Shown here: positions 1 through 9,378 of the stretch, piece after piece | Layout of the letters: each line of letters begins with the position of its first letter | Position numbering within the stretch: the first letter of the stretch is position 1 | Origin: Opitutales bacterium | GTDB taxonomy: Bacteria > Verrucomicrobiota > Verrucomicrobiia > Opitutales > UBA953 | Assembly: GCA_040398005.1 (NCBI GenBank) | Contig: JBBAUX010000008.1 | Location: forward strand, 19,155 to 50,600 | Reading direction: 5' to 3' | Length of the DNA stretch: 31,446 bases | Translations under genes and position numbers: made by a program | Notes under the pieces: model-generated | What the model saw: the letters and a program-made list of their open reading frames with translations, nothing else | Databases searched by the model: none | What the model was told of the DNA's origin: nothing

Positions 1-51
1 GGCTGATGAGGGCATAGCTGAGTGGAAAGAATTTCTTTGTTGCTCGGCGAA

Positions 52-78
52 CGGGCAGCCGGGTCAGCTGCCCCTACC
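52..78 (-). repeat. GTAG-headed palindromic (REP-like) element
   Basis: Minus strand reads GGTAG-GGGCAGC-TGACCCG-GCTGCCC-G: GTAG tetranucleotide followed by a 7-bp GC-rich stem. Only one copy in the window. Confidence 0.3.
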
Positions 79-145
79 GAAAAAATATTAGGGACAAGGG
101 GATTAGAAATTAAATTTTCAGTTGTTCACACGTGGGTGCGACTCC

Positions 146-173
146 TTGACAGTCGGCCTGTGTATGCAAATCT
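146..173 (+). promoter_or_regulatory. Putative sigma70 promoter of the trpG/pabA-nrdR operon
   Basis: Perfect TTGACA at 146-151; weak TG-n-AAATCT -10-like element at 165-173; predicted start site falls at about the GTG at 180. Confidence 0.4.
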
Positions 174-179
174 TACGGC

Positions 180-743
180 GTGCTCCTGGTCATCGATAAT
201 TACGATTCTTTCACTTACAATCTCGTCCAATATTTTGGACAACTAGGGGTTGAGCAAAAAGTTTTTCGCAATGACCAAATCACGGTCGAACAAGCGTTGG
301 CACTAAATCCCGATCGCGTGATGATTTCCCCGGGTCCGTGTTCGCCCGTGGAGGCTGGAGTATCGTGTGATATGATTAAAGCTTTTGCCGGAAAGAAACC
401 CTTGTTGGGAGTTTGTTTAGGCCACCAGTCGATTGGTCACGTTTATGGTGGCCGAGTGATTCGCGCACCGAACTTAATGCACGGAAAAACCTCCAATGTT
501 TTTCACAACAATACAGATTTATTTAAAGAGATGCCGAATCCCTTTGCGGCGACCCGCTATCACTCGCTTGTGGTGGAGAGAGAAACCTTTCCGGCGTGTT
601 TAGAAATCACGGCGTGGACGGAAGATGGTTTAGTGATGGGGCTTCGTCACAAAGAATTGCCTGTTTATGGCGTACAATTTCACCCTGAGTCTTTTGCAAC
701 GGATAATGGCATACAGATTCTTAAGAACTTTTTGAGTCTCTAA
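180..743 (+). CDS. trpG: Glutamine amidotransferase, anthranilate synthase component II / aminodeoxychorismate synthase component II (TrpG/PabA)
   Basis: [12 protein letters not shown]-terminus, ISPGPC, GVCLGHQ nucleophile, RYHSL, QFHPES triad. TrpG and PabA cannot be separated from sequence alone. Confidence 0.9.
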   Translation: MLLVIDNYDSFTYNLVQYFGQLGVEQKVFRNDQITVEQALALNPDRVMISPGPCSPVEAGVSCDMIKAFAGKKPLLGVCLGHQSIGHVYGGRVIRAPNLMHGKTSNVFHNNTDLFKEMPNPFAATRYHSLVVERETFPACLEITAWTEDGLVMGLRHKELPVYGVQFHPESFATDNGIQILKNFLSL

Positions 744-746
744 GGT

Positions 747-1220
747 ATGTTCTGCCCTAAGTGCAATCATGAGGACACTAAGGTTCTCGAAACACGACTC
801 GGAAAAGGTAATCACTCCATTCGCCGTCGTCGGGAATGCTTAGCTTGTGAAACTCGTTTCAGCACCGTTGAAGAAATTGTGCGCGAAGGTTTAGTTGTGG
901 TGAAAAGAAATGGAGCACGTGAAGAATTTAATATCGCCAAAATCACTTCAGGTATTCGTAAGGCGACGGATAAACGTCCGGTCGAGGTCGAACGAATCAA
1001 TTTACTGATTTCGGAAGTTGTCGAAGGCTTACAAAAGAAATTTGAAGACGAAGTTCCTTCGAGTGCGATCGGCGAAGAAATCATGACGCATTTACAAGCG
1101 GTGGATCAAATTGCCTATGTGCGTTATGCGAGTGTCTATCGCGAGTTTCGTGATATCGAAGAATTAGCGAAAGCTATTGAACAATTGCGGACTAAGGGGA
1201 AGAAGCCGAATGACCGCTGA
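747..1220 (+). CDS. nrdR: Transcriptional repressor NrdR
   Basis: CPKC...RRRRECLAC zinc ribbon, ATP-cone (VVKRNG.REEF), AYVRYASVYREF. Confidence 0.97.
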   Translation: MFCPKCNHEDTKVLETRLGKGNHSIRRRRECLACETRFSTVEEIVREGLVVVKRNGAREEFNIAKITSGIRKATDKRPVEVERINLLISEVVEGLQKKFEDEVPSSAIGEEIMTHLQAVDQIAYVRYASVYREFRDIEELAKAIEQLRTKGKKPNDR

Positions 1221-1686
1221 TACTCCGATGCGCACAGGACAGTTGCGTACACTCAACTCGATGTTGGCGAGATTGGTGGGAACAGATTCTTTACTACGTC
1301 GAGACGTGGATGCGGTAGTGAGACTTTACGAGGCGGATGAACAGTCGTCGCGTGGGTTGGATACGAGAGGACTCGCTGAAGCGGCGGGACATTTATTGCA
1401 TTTATTGTCGCCCGATCAGCCCATGCCCGCGATTGCCGTTTTGGACCATCGGGAAGAGCCCTATGAGCCCCTTTGGGCTACGCAGCGGCTAGAGAACGCC
1501 TTGGCAGAGGTGGGTGATGCTCAGGACGTTTTATTGTGGGTGGTGGGCTTACAGGACCAATTTTTATCGGGTGCGAAGGCACGTTCAGCCAAATGTCGCC
1601 GTGCCTATGATGAAGCGGTGGAGTCGGTGAATGTACTGACTGCCCGATTATCTAACCGTAGACGCGTGACGGTTGTCGTGTTATAA
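1210..1686 (+). CDS. Hypothetical protein
   Basis: ORF fills the gap between nrdR and HIT; ATG at 1210 overlaps the nrdR 3' end by 11 nt; no recognisable motif. Confidence 0.7.
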   Translation: MTADTPMRTGQLRTLNSMLARLVGTDSLLRRDVDAVVRLYEADEQSSRGLDTRGLAEAAGHLLHLLSPDQPMPAIAVLDHREEPYEPLWATQRLENALAEVGDAQDVLLWVVGLQDQFLSGAKARSAKCRRAYDEAVESVNVLTARLSNRRRVTVVVL

Positions 1687-1694
1687 TAGACACT

Positions 1695-2039
1695 ATGTCT
1701 GCTAAATCTTTATTCCAGAAAATTGCAGATAAAGAAATTCCAGCGAAGCTTATTTACGAAGATGAAATGTGTGTGGCCTTTCACGATATTGCCCCGCAGG
1801 CCCCCAGTCATTTTTTAGTTATTCCTAGAAAACTCATTCCAAGAATTGCGGAAGCGACTGCAGCTGATGAAGTGTTGCTTGGACATTTATTACTGGTCGC
1901 GAAAAAAGTCGCCCACGATTTGAAGTTGGAAAAAGGATTTCGTATTGTGATTAACAACGGACCGGACGGTGGAGAAAGCGTCCCCCATTTGCATGTGCAT
2001 GTATTAGGAGGTCGTCATCTCAATTGGCCTCCAGGATAA
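1695..2039 (+). CDS. hinT: Histidine triad nucleotide-binding protein (HinT/PKCI-like)
   Basis: [33 protein letters not shown] triad, C-terminal [10 protein letters not shown]. Confidence 0.92.
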   Translation: MSAKSLFQKIADKEIPAKLIYEDEMCVAFHDIAPQAPSHFLVIPRKLIPRIAEATAADEVLLGHLLLVAKKVAHDLKLEKGFRIVINNGPDGGESVPHLHVHVLGGRHLNWPPG

Positions 2040-2040
2040 A

Positions 2041-2688
2041 ATGAACGCTCACGACCAGCCCTGTTTGGTGATTGATGGATCAGCCCGTGAGGGGGTGAGG
2101 GTGGGCGTGTTGGCGGATGGACGTTGGGTGGCGGAAGCTATGGTTATGGAAGGTGCACTAGAATCGACGACCGACTTAACGGCGGAAGTTCTCAAGAAAG
2201 CGCATTTAAAATTTATAGATATTAAATCTTATGCGGTTTGTATCGGGCCCGGTTCGATGTTGGGCATTCGCGTATCGGCGATGGCTGTCAGAACTTGGGC
2301 TACGTTATATCAGCGCCCTATTTACGTTTGGGAGTCGCTCAAACTTTTAGCTGAGCATGCCTTAGCACAGGGCGTGAAGGTTCCTTTTGCCGTGATTAAT
2401 GAATCACGCTTAAAGCGCTGGAACTTGTTGGTGGTAAAAGCGGCTGATTCTTTTGAACCCACTGCGGAATTAGAAGTAGATCAAGTGAATGCCAATGGCC
2501 TTGCTTTGGTGGTTAATCACACGGCGAATCTATTTCCGAATGCCAAGGTGATGGATGATGTTTGGAGTCACTTACCTAAATTATTCCAAAACAAACAGTG
2601 TCTTAAGCTCGAACCCAAACCTGATGCCTTGAATCCGGCGGCAGATTATGCCTTATGGTCAGGTGAACGTCACCGTCGCAACCCATGA
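2041..2688 (+). CDS. tsaB: tRNA threonylcarbamoyladenosine biosynthesis protein TsaB (divergent)
   Basis: LVIDGS N-terminal strand and GPGSMLGIRV (canonical GPGSFTGxR); size about 215 aa. Confidence 0.8.
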   Translation: MNAHDQPCLVIDGSAREGVRVGVLADGRWVAEAMVMEGALESTTDLTAEVLKKAHLKFIDIKSYAVCIGPGSMLGIRVSAMAVRTWATLYQRPIYVWESLKLLAEHALAQGVKVPFAVINESRLKRWNLLVVKAADSFEPTAELEVDQVNANGLALVVNHTANLFPNAKVMDDVWSHLPKLFQNKQCLKLEPKPDALNPAADYALWSGERHRRNP

Positions 2689-3827
2689 TTCAATCCGGAC
2701 ATAATACAAGAGCTTGGGTGGAAATTGATTTACCGGCCTTGGATCGAAATGTCGGTCGGATTAAACAGGCGTTACCCAAACATATTCGTTATGTGGCGGT
2801 CGTGAAGGCGGATGCGTATGGACACGGCATGCCCGAGGTCGTGACACGTCTATTACAAGCGGGCGTGGATACTTTTGCGGTGGCGAATGTCGCGGAAGCA
2901 AGCCGGTTGAGGGAGATTAGTCCTGATGCTGATATTTTATTACTCAGTCCGACTTTACCGAATGAAATCAGACGCGCCATTGAGTTGGGTTTAGATATCA
3001 CCATTAATTCGTTAGAAGAAGCTGAGGCCATTATTCAAGCAGCCGAGGTAATGAAGATGAAATCATGCGTACACGTGAAAGTGGATACGGGCATGGGCCG
3101 GTCCGGCGTTTGGCATGAACAAGCTCAACAAATTTTTGCTAAGGTTCTGGGAAGTACTTTAATAAAATGGCGTGGGGTTTACACCCATTTTTCGGATGCC
3201 GATCGGGATACGGAATATACAATTAAACAGCGTAGAATTTTCCTTAATTTACTTCAAAAAATTCCCAGCGAAATTCATCCAGGTTTTCTTATCCATGCCG
3301 ATAATAGTGCGGGCTTAGAAAGCTTTTCATCAGACTCTCCCTTTAACGCGGTAAGAATTGGACTCATGCAGTATGGTTTACCGCCTTCGGCTGGCTCCTT
3401 TTTGGCGAGTTTAAAGCCTGACCCAGTATTATCGTTTCATGCTAAGGTTGTTTTGGTGAAAGACTTACCATCAGGAACTTCGATTGGCTATAATCGCACC
3501 AAGACTTTGAGTCGCAATTCCCGAATCGCTGTGGTTGCCGTGGGTTATGGTGATGGCGTGCCGACGGCGGCGAGTAATCGTGGACAATTTTTAATTAACG
3601 GAAAACGCTGTCCGATTTTAGGACGCGTTAGCATGGATCAGACGGTGATTGATGTGACTGATGTCGGACCGGTGAAGCCAGGCGATGTCGCCACCATTTT
3701 AGGTGCGCAAGGAACTGACCGGATTACGGTGACGGAATTCTGTAAGTGGTCGGACTCGATTCCTTGGGAAGCCTTATGCACGCTCACTCAACGGGTGCAG
3801 CGTGTTTATCGATCCGATCGAACCTAG
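2685..3827 (+). CDS. alr: Alanine racemase
   Basis: AVVKADAYGHG PLP-lysine motif, HVKVDTGMGRSG, GYGDG, GRVSMDQ; ATGA overlap with tsaB. Confidence 0.97.
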   Translation: MIQSGHNTRAWVEIDLPALDRNVGRIKQALPKHIRYVAVVKADAYGHGMPEVVTRLLQAGVDTFAVANVAEASRLREISPDADILLLSPTLPNEIRRAIELGLDITINSLEEAEAIIQAAEVMKMKSCVHVKVDTGMGRSGVWHEQAQQIFAKVLGSTLIKWRGVYTHFSDADRDTEYTIKQRRIFLNLLQKIPSEIHPGFLIHADNSAGLESFSSDSPFNAVRIGLMQYGLPPSAGSFLASLKPDPVLSFHAKVVLVKDLPSGTSIGYNRTKTLSRNSRIAVVAVGYGDGVPTAASNRGQFLINGKRCPILGRVSMDQTVIDVTDVGPVKPGDVATILGAQGTDRITVTEFCKWSDSIPWEALCTLTQRVQRVYRSDRT

Positions 3828-5230
3828 AGCTTGAAACCAAAATACTTTTTAGCGTTTTGGTAACTCACGTCTGCGATGAGTTTCTCGGTCCACTCAGCAC
3901 GATTGGGGATACGTCCGGAATCGACATCACTGCCGACGAGGTCGCAAAGAATGCGGCGGAAGTATTCGTGACGTGGGTAGGAAAGGAAGGATCGGGAGTC
4001 GGTAATCATACCGACAAACTGACCAAGCAGGCCAAGATCCGAGAGGGCGTTCATTTGATCGCGCATGCCGCGTTCTTGATCGAGGAACCACCAGCCAGAA
4101 CCGTATTGAATCTTTCCAGGGGTGATACCGTCTTGGAAGGAACCAATCATACAGGCAAAGAGGGCGGTGTCGGCAGGATTGATATTATAAATAATAGTTT
4201 TACCCAGGGTGTTTTCGCCGGAGAGAGTTCCGAACCAACGAATCAATCCTGGTCCTTGGCGATAATCGCCGATGGTGTCGCAACCTGCGTCGGAACCGAG
4301 ACGATTAAGGAGTCCGAGATTTGGATCACGGACTGGTCCGAGGTGAAGCTGAGTGGTCCAACCTTTCGCGTGATTCAAACGGCCCACGTGCAGCATGATG
4401 TACGCGGTAAATTTTTCGGTTTCGGTGAAAGTGGCAGCGGTGCCTTTTTGTGCTTTTTCCCAAATCGATTTCGCTTCGGCGTCGGTGCAGGTGACGTCAG
4501 GTAAGTATTCTAATCCGTGGTCGGTGGCACGGCAACCGGCTGCGGCGAAGTCATCATGACGTTTATTGAGTGCCGCGATGAGACCTTCAAAAGTATCTGC
4601 ATTTTTTCCGCTGATGGCGGAGAGACGTTTGGTCCAAGCTTGAACGCGTTCTGGGAGGTGAACTTTAAGGCAGGCGTCGGGGCGGAAAGTGGGAACGATT
4701 TGGGTTTTGAATCCCGACTTGGCAATCGCGTGATGGTAATCGAGCGAGTCAGCAGGATCATCGGTGGTGCCGACTAATTCAACCTTCATTAAAGAAAGAA
4801 TACCACGGGCAGTGAGGTTGCCGTGTTTTAGTTGGCGATTCGCTTCATCCCAGATGGGCTGAGCAGTGGCACCTTCGAGGATGTCGTTGATACCGAAGTG
4901 ACGACGAAGTTCCAGATGAGTCCAGTGGAAGAGAGGGTTGCGTAAAGTTTTGGGAACCGTTTCTGCCCAAGCTTGGAATTTTTCACGGGAAGTAGTTTTA
5001 TTTCCGGTGATGTAGTCTTCGTTAACGCCACATGCACGCATCGCGCGCCACTTGTAGTGGTCGCCAGCGAGCCAGACGGCAGTGACATCTTCGAAGCGAC
5101 GATCTTCGGCAATATCTTTAGGGCTAAGGTGACAGTGGTAATCTACAATTCCCTGCGACTTCGCTACTTTATGGTAAAGCGATTGAGCGGTGGGCCCAGC
5201 GAGGAGGAAATTGTCGTCGAGAAATGCCAT
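3824..5230 (-). CDS. uxaC: Glucuronate/uronate isomerase
   Basis: DYHCHL metal motif, GDHYKWRAMR, TTDDPADSL, GSGWWFLDQ, DSRSFLSYPRHEYFRR. Confidence 0.97.
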   Translation of the reverse strand: MAFLDDNFLLAGPTAQSLYHKVAKSQGIVDYHCHLSPKDIAEDRRFEDVTAVWLAGDHYKWRAMRACGVNEDYITGNKTTSREKFQAWAETVPKTLRNPLFHWTHLELRRHFGINDILEGATAQPIWDEANRQLKHGNLTARGILSLMKVELVGTTDDPADSLDYHHAIAKSGFKTQIVPTFRPDACLKVHLPERVQAWTKRLSAISGKNADTFEGLIAALNKRHDDFAAAGCRATDHGLEYLPDVTCTDAEAKSIWEKAQKGTAATFTETEKFTAYIMLHVGRLNHAKGWTTQLHLGPVRDPNLGLLNRLGSDAGCDTIGDYRQGPGLIRWFGTLSGENTLGKTIIYNINPADTALFACMIGSFQDGITPGKIQYGSGWWFLDQERGMRDQMNALSDLGLLGQFVGMITDSRSFLSYPRHEYFRRILCDLVGSDVDSGRIPNRAEWTEKLIADVSYQNAKKYFGFKL

Positions 5231-5234
5231 GTGA

Positions 5235-6008
5235 TTAAATGGCTTTCGCAGCGAAACCGCCGTCGACGACGATTTCGGCTCCGGTCATGAAGCTGCCCGC
5301 GTCGGAGGCCATCAATAAGCAGGCACCGATGAGTTCATTGGCTTCACCGAATCGAGCCATCGGAGTCTTACCGAGAATTTGCGCAACACGCTCAGGGGTG
5401 AGCACTTTGCGATTTTGTTCAGCGGGAAAGAATCCAGGAATCAGGGTGTTCACGCGAACACCGTGGGGAGCCCATTCACGTGCGAGATTCTTCGAGAGAT
5501 TATGTACGGCTGCTTTGGTTGCAGAGTAAGTGAAAACGCGGGAGAGAGGGACAATGCCGGATTCGGAACCGAGGTTGATGATCGAACCTTTGCCAGCTTT
5601 GACCATCGCTTCGCCGAATACTTGTGAACCGAGAACGACACTCTTGATGTTAACTGAGATGATGCGGTCCAGTTCGGTTTCGGCGATTTCGAAGAATGGA
5701 GTAGCGGAGTTGACGCCGGCGCCATTGATGAGGATATCAATTTTTCCGTAGGTGGCTAAAATTTTATCACGGAGGACGATAAGATCGTTCTTGTTTGTCG
5801 CTTCGCAGGACATGAATTCGCCTTTACCACCGGCTGATTTAATTTTGGCGAGACGAGCGTCGGCCTTAGCGGGGTCACGTCCGACTAAGATTACGTGAGC
5901 ACCAGCGGACGCAAAACCTTCGGAGATAGCGCCACAAAGCTCGCCCGTGCCACCGATAATGACAGCGATGCGACCTTTGAGGGAGAAGAGTTCGAGGGAG
6001 GATTGCAT
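5235..6008 (-). CDS. SDR oxidoreductase, probable fructuronate reductase / D-mannonate oxidoreductase (SDR-type UxuB-like)
   Basis: GGTGELCG nucleotide loop, INGAG, YSATK catalytic motif, [10 protein letters not shown] and DGGF.A typical of the SDR-type mannonate oxidoreductase group; directly upstream of uxaC. Confidence 0.75.
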   Translation of the reverse strand: MQSSLELFSLKGRIAVIIGGTGELCGAISEGFASAGAHVILVGRDPAKADARLAKIKSAGGKGEFMSCEATNKNDLIVLRDKILATYGKIDILINGAGVNSATPFFEIAETELDRIISVNIKSVVLGSQVFGEAMVKAGKGSIINLGSESGIVPLSRVFTYSATKAAVHNLSKNLAREWAPHGVRVNTLIPGFFPAEQNRKVLTPERVAQILGKTPMARFGEANELIGACLLMASDAGSFMTGAEIVVDGGFAAKAI

Positions 6009-6017
6009 ATTATTTTA

Positions 6018-6053
6018 GGGGACACGGTGACACGGGGACACGGTGACAAGGGG
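6018..6053. repeat. Short tandem repeat, 4 x 8-bp GG(G/T)GACA(C/A)
   Basis: GGGGACAC GGTGACAC GGGGACAC GGTGACAA GGGG in the 66-nt gap between kinase and SDR. Confidence 0.8.
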
Positions 6054-6074
6054 TAGTGTATGGTTTAGGAGGGT

Positions 6075-7172
6075 TTAGCGGACGACGCGAGCGCCACCAC
6101 CGGAGATTTGCTTTTCAACTTCTTTACGAGTCACCATCGAGGTGTCACCAGGAGTTGTAGAAGCAAGTGCGCCGTGGGCTGCACCGTAGTTAACGGCTTT
6201 CTGTGCGTCATTGAATTCCATGAAGCCGAAGACTAAACCGCTAGCGAAGCTATCGCCACCGCCGACGCGATCGAGGATTTCTAGTTCAGGGAATTTGATA
6301 GAGTCGTAGAATTTTCCGTCGTGGTAGCAAATAGCGCTCCAGTCATTCTTGGTCGCGGTGATGACGCGACGAAGGGTAGTAGCGGCTACTTTGAAATTCG
6401 GGAATTCTTTAACAGCGGTCTTGATCATTTCCTTAAACGCATCGGTCTCGATGTGTGCGAGGCTGTGGTCAGCACCTTTAACTTCGAAGCCGAGTGATGC
6501 GGTGAAATCTTCTTCGTTACCGATCATGACGTCGACATACTTAGCGATTTCACGATTAACCTCTTGGGCTTTTTTGAGTCCGCCGATGGTCTTCCAGAGT
6601 GAAGGACGATAATTTAAATCATAAGAAACAATGGTACCGTATTTCTTGGCTGCTTTAACCGCTTCGATGGTCATGAGTGCGGTGGATTCGGAGAGAGCGG
6701 CGAAAATTCCGCCCGTGTGCAACCAGCGCACGCCGAGTTTGCCGAAGATATGTTCCCAGTCGATATCACCAGGTTTTAATTGGCTAGCGGCGGTGTTACC
6801 ACGATCAGGGACGCCGACGGCGCCACGGATACCGAAACCACGTTCGGTGAAATTAAGACCATTGCGGACGGTGCGGCCGATGCCGTCGTCTTCGCGCCAT
6901 TTAATAAAATCGGTATTAACGCCACCTTGCATGATGAAGTCTTCAACCAAGCGACCCACTTCATTATCGACGAAAGCCGTAGCGACTGTGGTGCGATAGC
7001 CGAAACATTTACGGAGTCCACGAGCGACATTGTATTCGCCGCCGCCTTCCCAGACTTTGAACTCACGAGCGGTGCGGACGCGTCCTTCACCGGGGTCGAG
7101 GCGAAGCATGACTTCACCGAGAGAGATTTGATCGAAGGTACAATCCTTCGCAGGTTTAATTGTGAGTGCCAT
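6075..7172 (-). CDS. PfkB-family sugar-acid kinase (KdgK / 2-ketogluconate kinase-like)
   Basis: GEVMLRL, GGGEYNVA, DLNYRPSLW, GNEED, DRVGGGDSFASG PfkB signature. Confidence 0.88.
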   Translation of the reverse strand: MALTIKPAKDCTFDQISLGEVMLRLDPGEGRVRTAREFKVWEGGGEYNVARGLRKCFGYRTTVATAFVDNEVGRLVEDFIMQGGVNTDFIKWREDDGIGRTVRNGLNFTERGFGIRGAVGVPDRGNTAASQLKPGDIDWEHIFGKLGVRWLHTGGIFAALSESTALMTIEAVKAAKKYGTIVSYDLNYRPSLWKTIGGLKKAQEVNREIAKYVDVMIGNEEDFTASLGFEVKGADHSLAHIETDAFKEMIKTAVKEFPNFKVAATTLRRVITATKNDWSAICYHDGKFYDSIKFPELEILDRVGGGDSFASGLVFGFMEFNDAQKAVNYGAAHGALASTTPGDTSMVTRKEVEKQISGGGARVVR

Positions 7173-7186
7173 GGTGTTTGGTAAAA

Positions 7187-8275
7187 TTAAGCGGTAGGGA
7201 GTTGGTTAACATCAAAAGCTTTAATACCGCATTCGTGGGCGATTTCGTTGAGGGCTTCGACTTCGGCTTTCGAGAAGAGAAGGCCGCCCGCTTTTTGACT
7301 GCGTGCTGCGAAGGTCGCTTCCATTTGTCCGGGAAGGATACACTTTTCGTTTCCGTGTCCGAGGATATCACCGAGAACTGCTTTGATATTTTGCTGTTGG
7401 TTTCGTCCATGAGCAAAAACTCCGCTGCTGATAGCGTCGGGGTGGATGACTTGGAAGAAGAACGCACAATCCTGTTTTTCGCCAGCGACGCGAGTGCGGC
7501 TACGAATGGTGGGGATTGAGCCACCGATGAAACCGGCGACGATTTCATTGATTAAGGAAAGACCGTAGCCTTTGTGAGCGCCGAAAGGAATTAAGGAAAC
7601 GGCGGCGGAAGGATCGATGGTTACTTTGCCATCTTTATCTACAGCGGCGTCAGGAGGTAATTGTTTACCTTCGCGTTTTAATTGTTGAACGCGGCCCATG
7701 GCGATGACGGAGGTAGCCCAGTCGATGACGATGGGGAAACCAACTGCGTCCGTCGTTGGAAAGCCCCAGGAGTGTGGGTTAGTTCCGAGCGTTGGGAATT
7801 TACCTTGGAAAGGAACCACTTCAGCGAGAGTTGCGGTGCAATTAGTGTAAGCGATGTAACCACGTTTAGCGGCTTCCATGACATAGCCACCGCCCCAGAG
7901 GTAGTGAAAAGCGTTATCAACGGAAACGGTACCCACGCCGTATTGATCAGCGAGTTTGATACAAGTTTCGATAGCGTCGGTGGCAACGGCTTGACCGAGT
8001 TTTTGTTTGGCGTCCCAAACTTCGGCAGCAGCGAAGCGTGAAGATTTTTTAACAACCGAGGCGTTCGGTGTGCAACCGCCCACTTTTGAACCGAAGAGTT
8101 CATCTAAGTGTAATGCCTTGATAGCATTGTGCGTACGGATGCCGTGGCGTGTGGCCATTGACGACATTTTCGCAGCTTGAGCTGATTCAGTAGCACCGAA
8201 GCCGCGATGCATGTATGCGGCGCTGACGAGTGACTCGTGAGCTTCGGTGGGAACAACGTGAAATACTTCGGACAT
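7187..8275 (-). CDS. Ldh_2-family (malate/L-lactate/AllD/YiaK-like) NAD(P)-dependent oxidoreductase
   Basis: GIRTHN, NAFHY, LGTNPHSWGFP, DWATS, GAHKGYGL, ILPG motifs of the Ldh_2 fold. Substrate unknown. Confidence 0.85.
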   Translation of the reverse strand: MSEVFHVVPTEAHESLVSAAYMHRGFGATESAQAAKMSSMATRHGIRTHNAIKALHLDELFGSKVGGCTPNASVVKKSSRFAAAEVWDAKQKLGQAVATDAIETCIKLADQYGVGTVSVDNAFHYLWGGGYVMEAAKRGYIAYTNCTATLAEVVPFQGKFPTLGTNPHSWGFPTTDAVGFPIVIDWATSVIAMGRVQQLKREGKQLPPDAAVDKDGKVTIDPSAAVSLIPFGAHKGYGLSLINEIVAGFIGGSIPTIRSRTRVAGEKQDCAFFFQVIHPDAISSGVFAHGRNQQQNIKAVLGDILGHGNEKCILPGQMEATFAARSQKAGGLLFSKAEVEALNEIAHECGIKAFDVNQLPTA

Positions 8276-8302
8276 GATTATATTAGATTAGGGGAAAAGG
8301 AA

Positions 8303-9286
8303 TTAGACGACTTTCTTAACTTTAACTTCTTTGTTGATCTGAGCGAGGGGCTCTTCGCCGTGCATAGCTCGGATTAAGTTTGTAACAGCGGCGACGGCTT
8401 GGCGTTGAACGCTTTCGGCGGTGCGTGAACCGATGTGAGGAGTCACGACGCAGTTAGGAAGTTTAGTGAGAGGGTGATCGGCGCGTGGTGGCTCTTCGTC
8501 GAGAACGTCGGTACCGTATCCGCCTACCTGGCCGGACTTCAGAGCAGCAGCGATGTCATCGGTGTGTACGATTTCACCACGAGCACAATTAAGAATCAGA
8601 ACGCCTTTCTTCATCTTCGCGATATTCTTAGCACAGATGAGGTCGCGAGTTTCAGGGGTTAAATTAGTGTGGAGTGAAAGATAATCAGAAACGGCGAAAA
8701 CGTCATCCATCGTGTTGGCGCGTTGTACATCGTATTGAGCGGCAAATTTGTCGTCCCAGTATAAATCGAAGCCGATGACTTTCATGCCGAAGGCACGAGC
8801 GCGGATGGCGACTTCTTTACCGATGCGGCCCATGCCGATGATGCCGATAGTTTTGTCGAGAAGTTCGCGACCCGTTTTACGTTTCCAAGTGCCTGAGCGT
8901 GTGGAGTCGGTGTGGAAGTAGAAATTCTTTTCGAGAGCGAGAAGAAGGAGGAAGGTATGTTCAGCAACCGTGGTGTGATTCACGCCAGGAGTGAAAAGGA
9001 GGGGGATGTCTTTTGAGGTGAGGTATTTTACATCGATCTTATCGACGCCGATACCGTACTTGCTGACGACCTTGAGGCGGGGGAGGGCTTTATCGATTAC
9101 CGCTTGGGTGATCATATCGTCGCCGCAGATGTATCCGTCAAAATCCCCCATTAAAGCTAAAGTGTCGGCTTCGCTTAAAGGTCCGCGAGCGTTGACAACT
9201 TCCCAACCGGTGGCGGCTAACAATTTATGGTGTTCGCCAGGGGTGTCTTGGAATGAGGTGGTCGTGAGGAGGATTCGTGGCTTCAT
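8303..9286 (-). CDS. D-isomer-specific 2-hydroxyacid dehydrogenase (SerA-like, no ACT domain)
   Basis: GIGVDKID, VAEHT, GMGRIG + GFD (NAD), NCARG, DVLDEEP, TPHIG catalytic Arg/Glu/His; 327 aa. Confidence 0.9.
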   Translation of the reverse strand: MKPRILLTTTSFQDTPGEHHKLLAATGWEVVNARGPLSEADTLALMGDFDGYICGDDMITQAVIDKALPRLKVVSKYGIGVDKIDVKYLTSKDIPLLFTPGVNHTTVAEHTFLLLLALEKNFYFHTDSTRSGTWKRKTGRELLDKTIGIIGMGRIGKEVAIRARAFGMKVIGFDLYWDDKFAAQYDVQRANTMDDVFAVSDYLSLHTNLTPETRDLICAKNIAKMKKGVLILNCARGEIVHTDDIAAALKSGQVGGYGTDVLDEEPPRADHPLTKLPNCVVTPHIGSRTAESVQRQAVAAVTNLIRAMHGEEPLAQINKEVKVKKVV

Positions 9287-9378
9287 AGTGTCGTTTTAAT
9301 CCAACCTAACTCGGCTCTAAAAGTCAAAGAAAGTATAAGGTCGACAGTAAAAAAATCGTCTATTTATTGGTCTTACCC

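Noticed and set aside
1..15. Possible start of a minus-strand gene (ATG CCC TCA TCA GCC) running off the window
   Set aside because: Five codons are too little evidence.
22..246. 74-aa ORF overlapping the trpG start
   Set aside because: Spans a promoter and palindrome region, overlaps trpG out of frame, and has no protein-like features.
3746..4504. 252-aa plus-strand ORF antisense to uxaC, and many shorter antisense ORFs across 3824-13284
   Set aside because: They lie opposite well-conserved genes, have no motifs, and are expected shadow frames from codon bias.
6018..6053. CRISPR array or mobile-element end
   Set aside because: 8-bp units without spacers; no cas or transposase gene in the window.
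8303..9286. Calling this gene serA
   Set aside because: No ACT domain and it leads a sugar-acid operon; a catabolic role is more plausible, though not proven.
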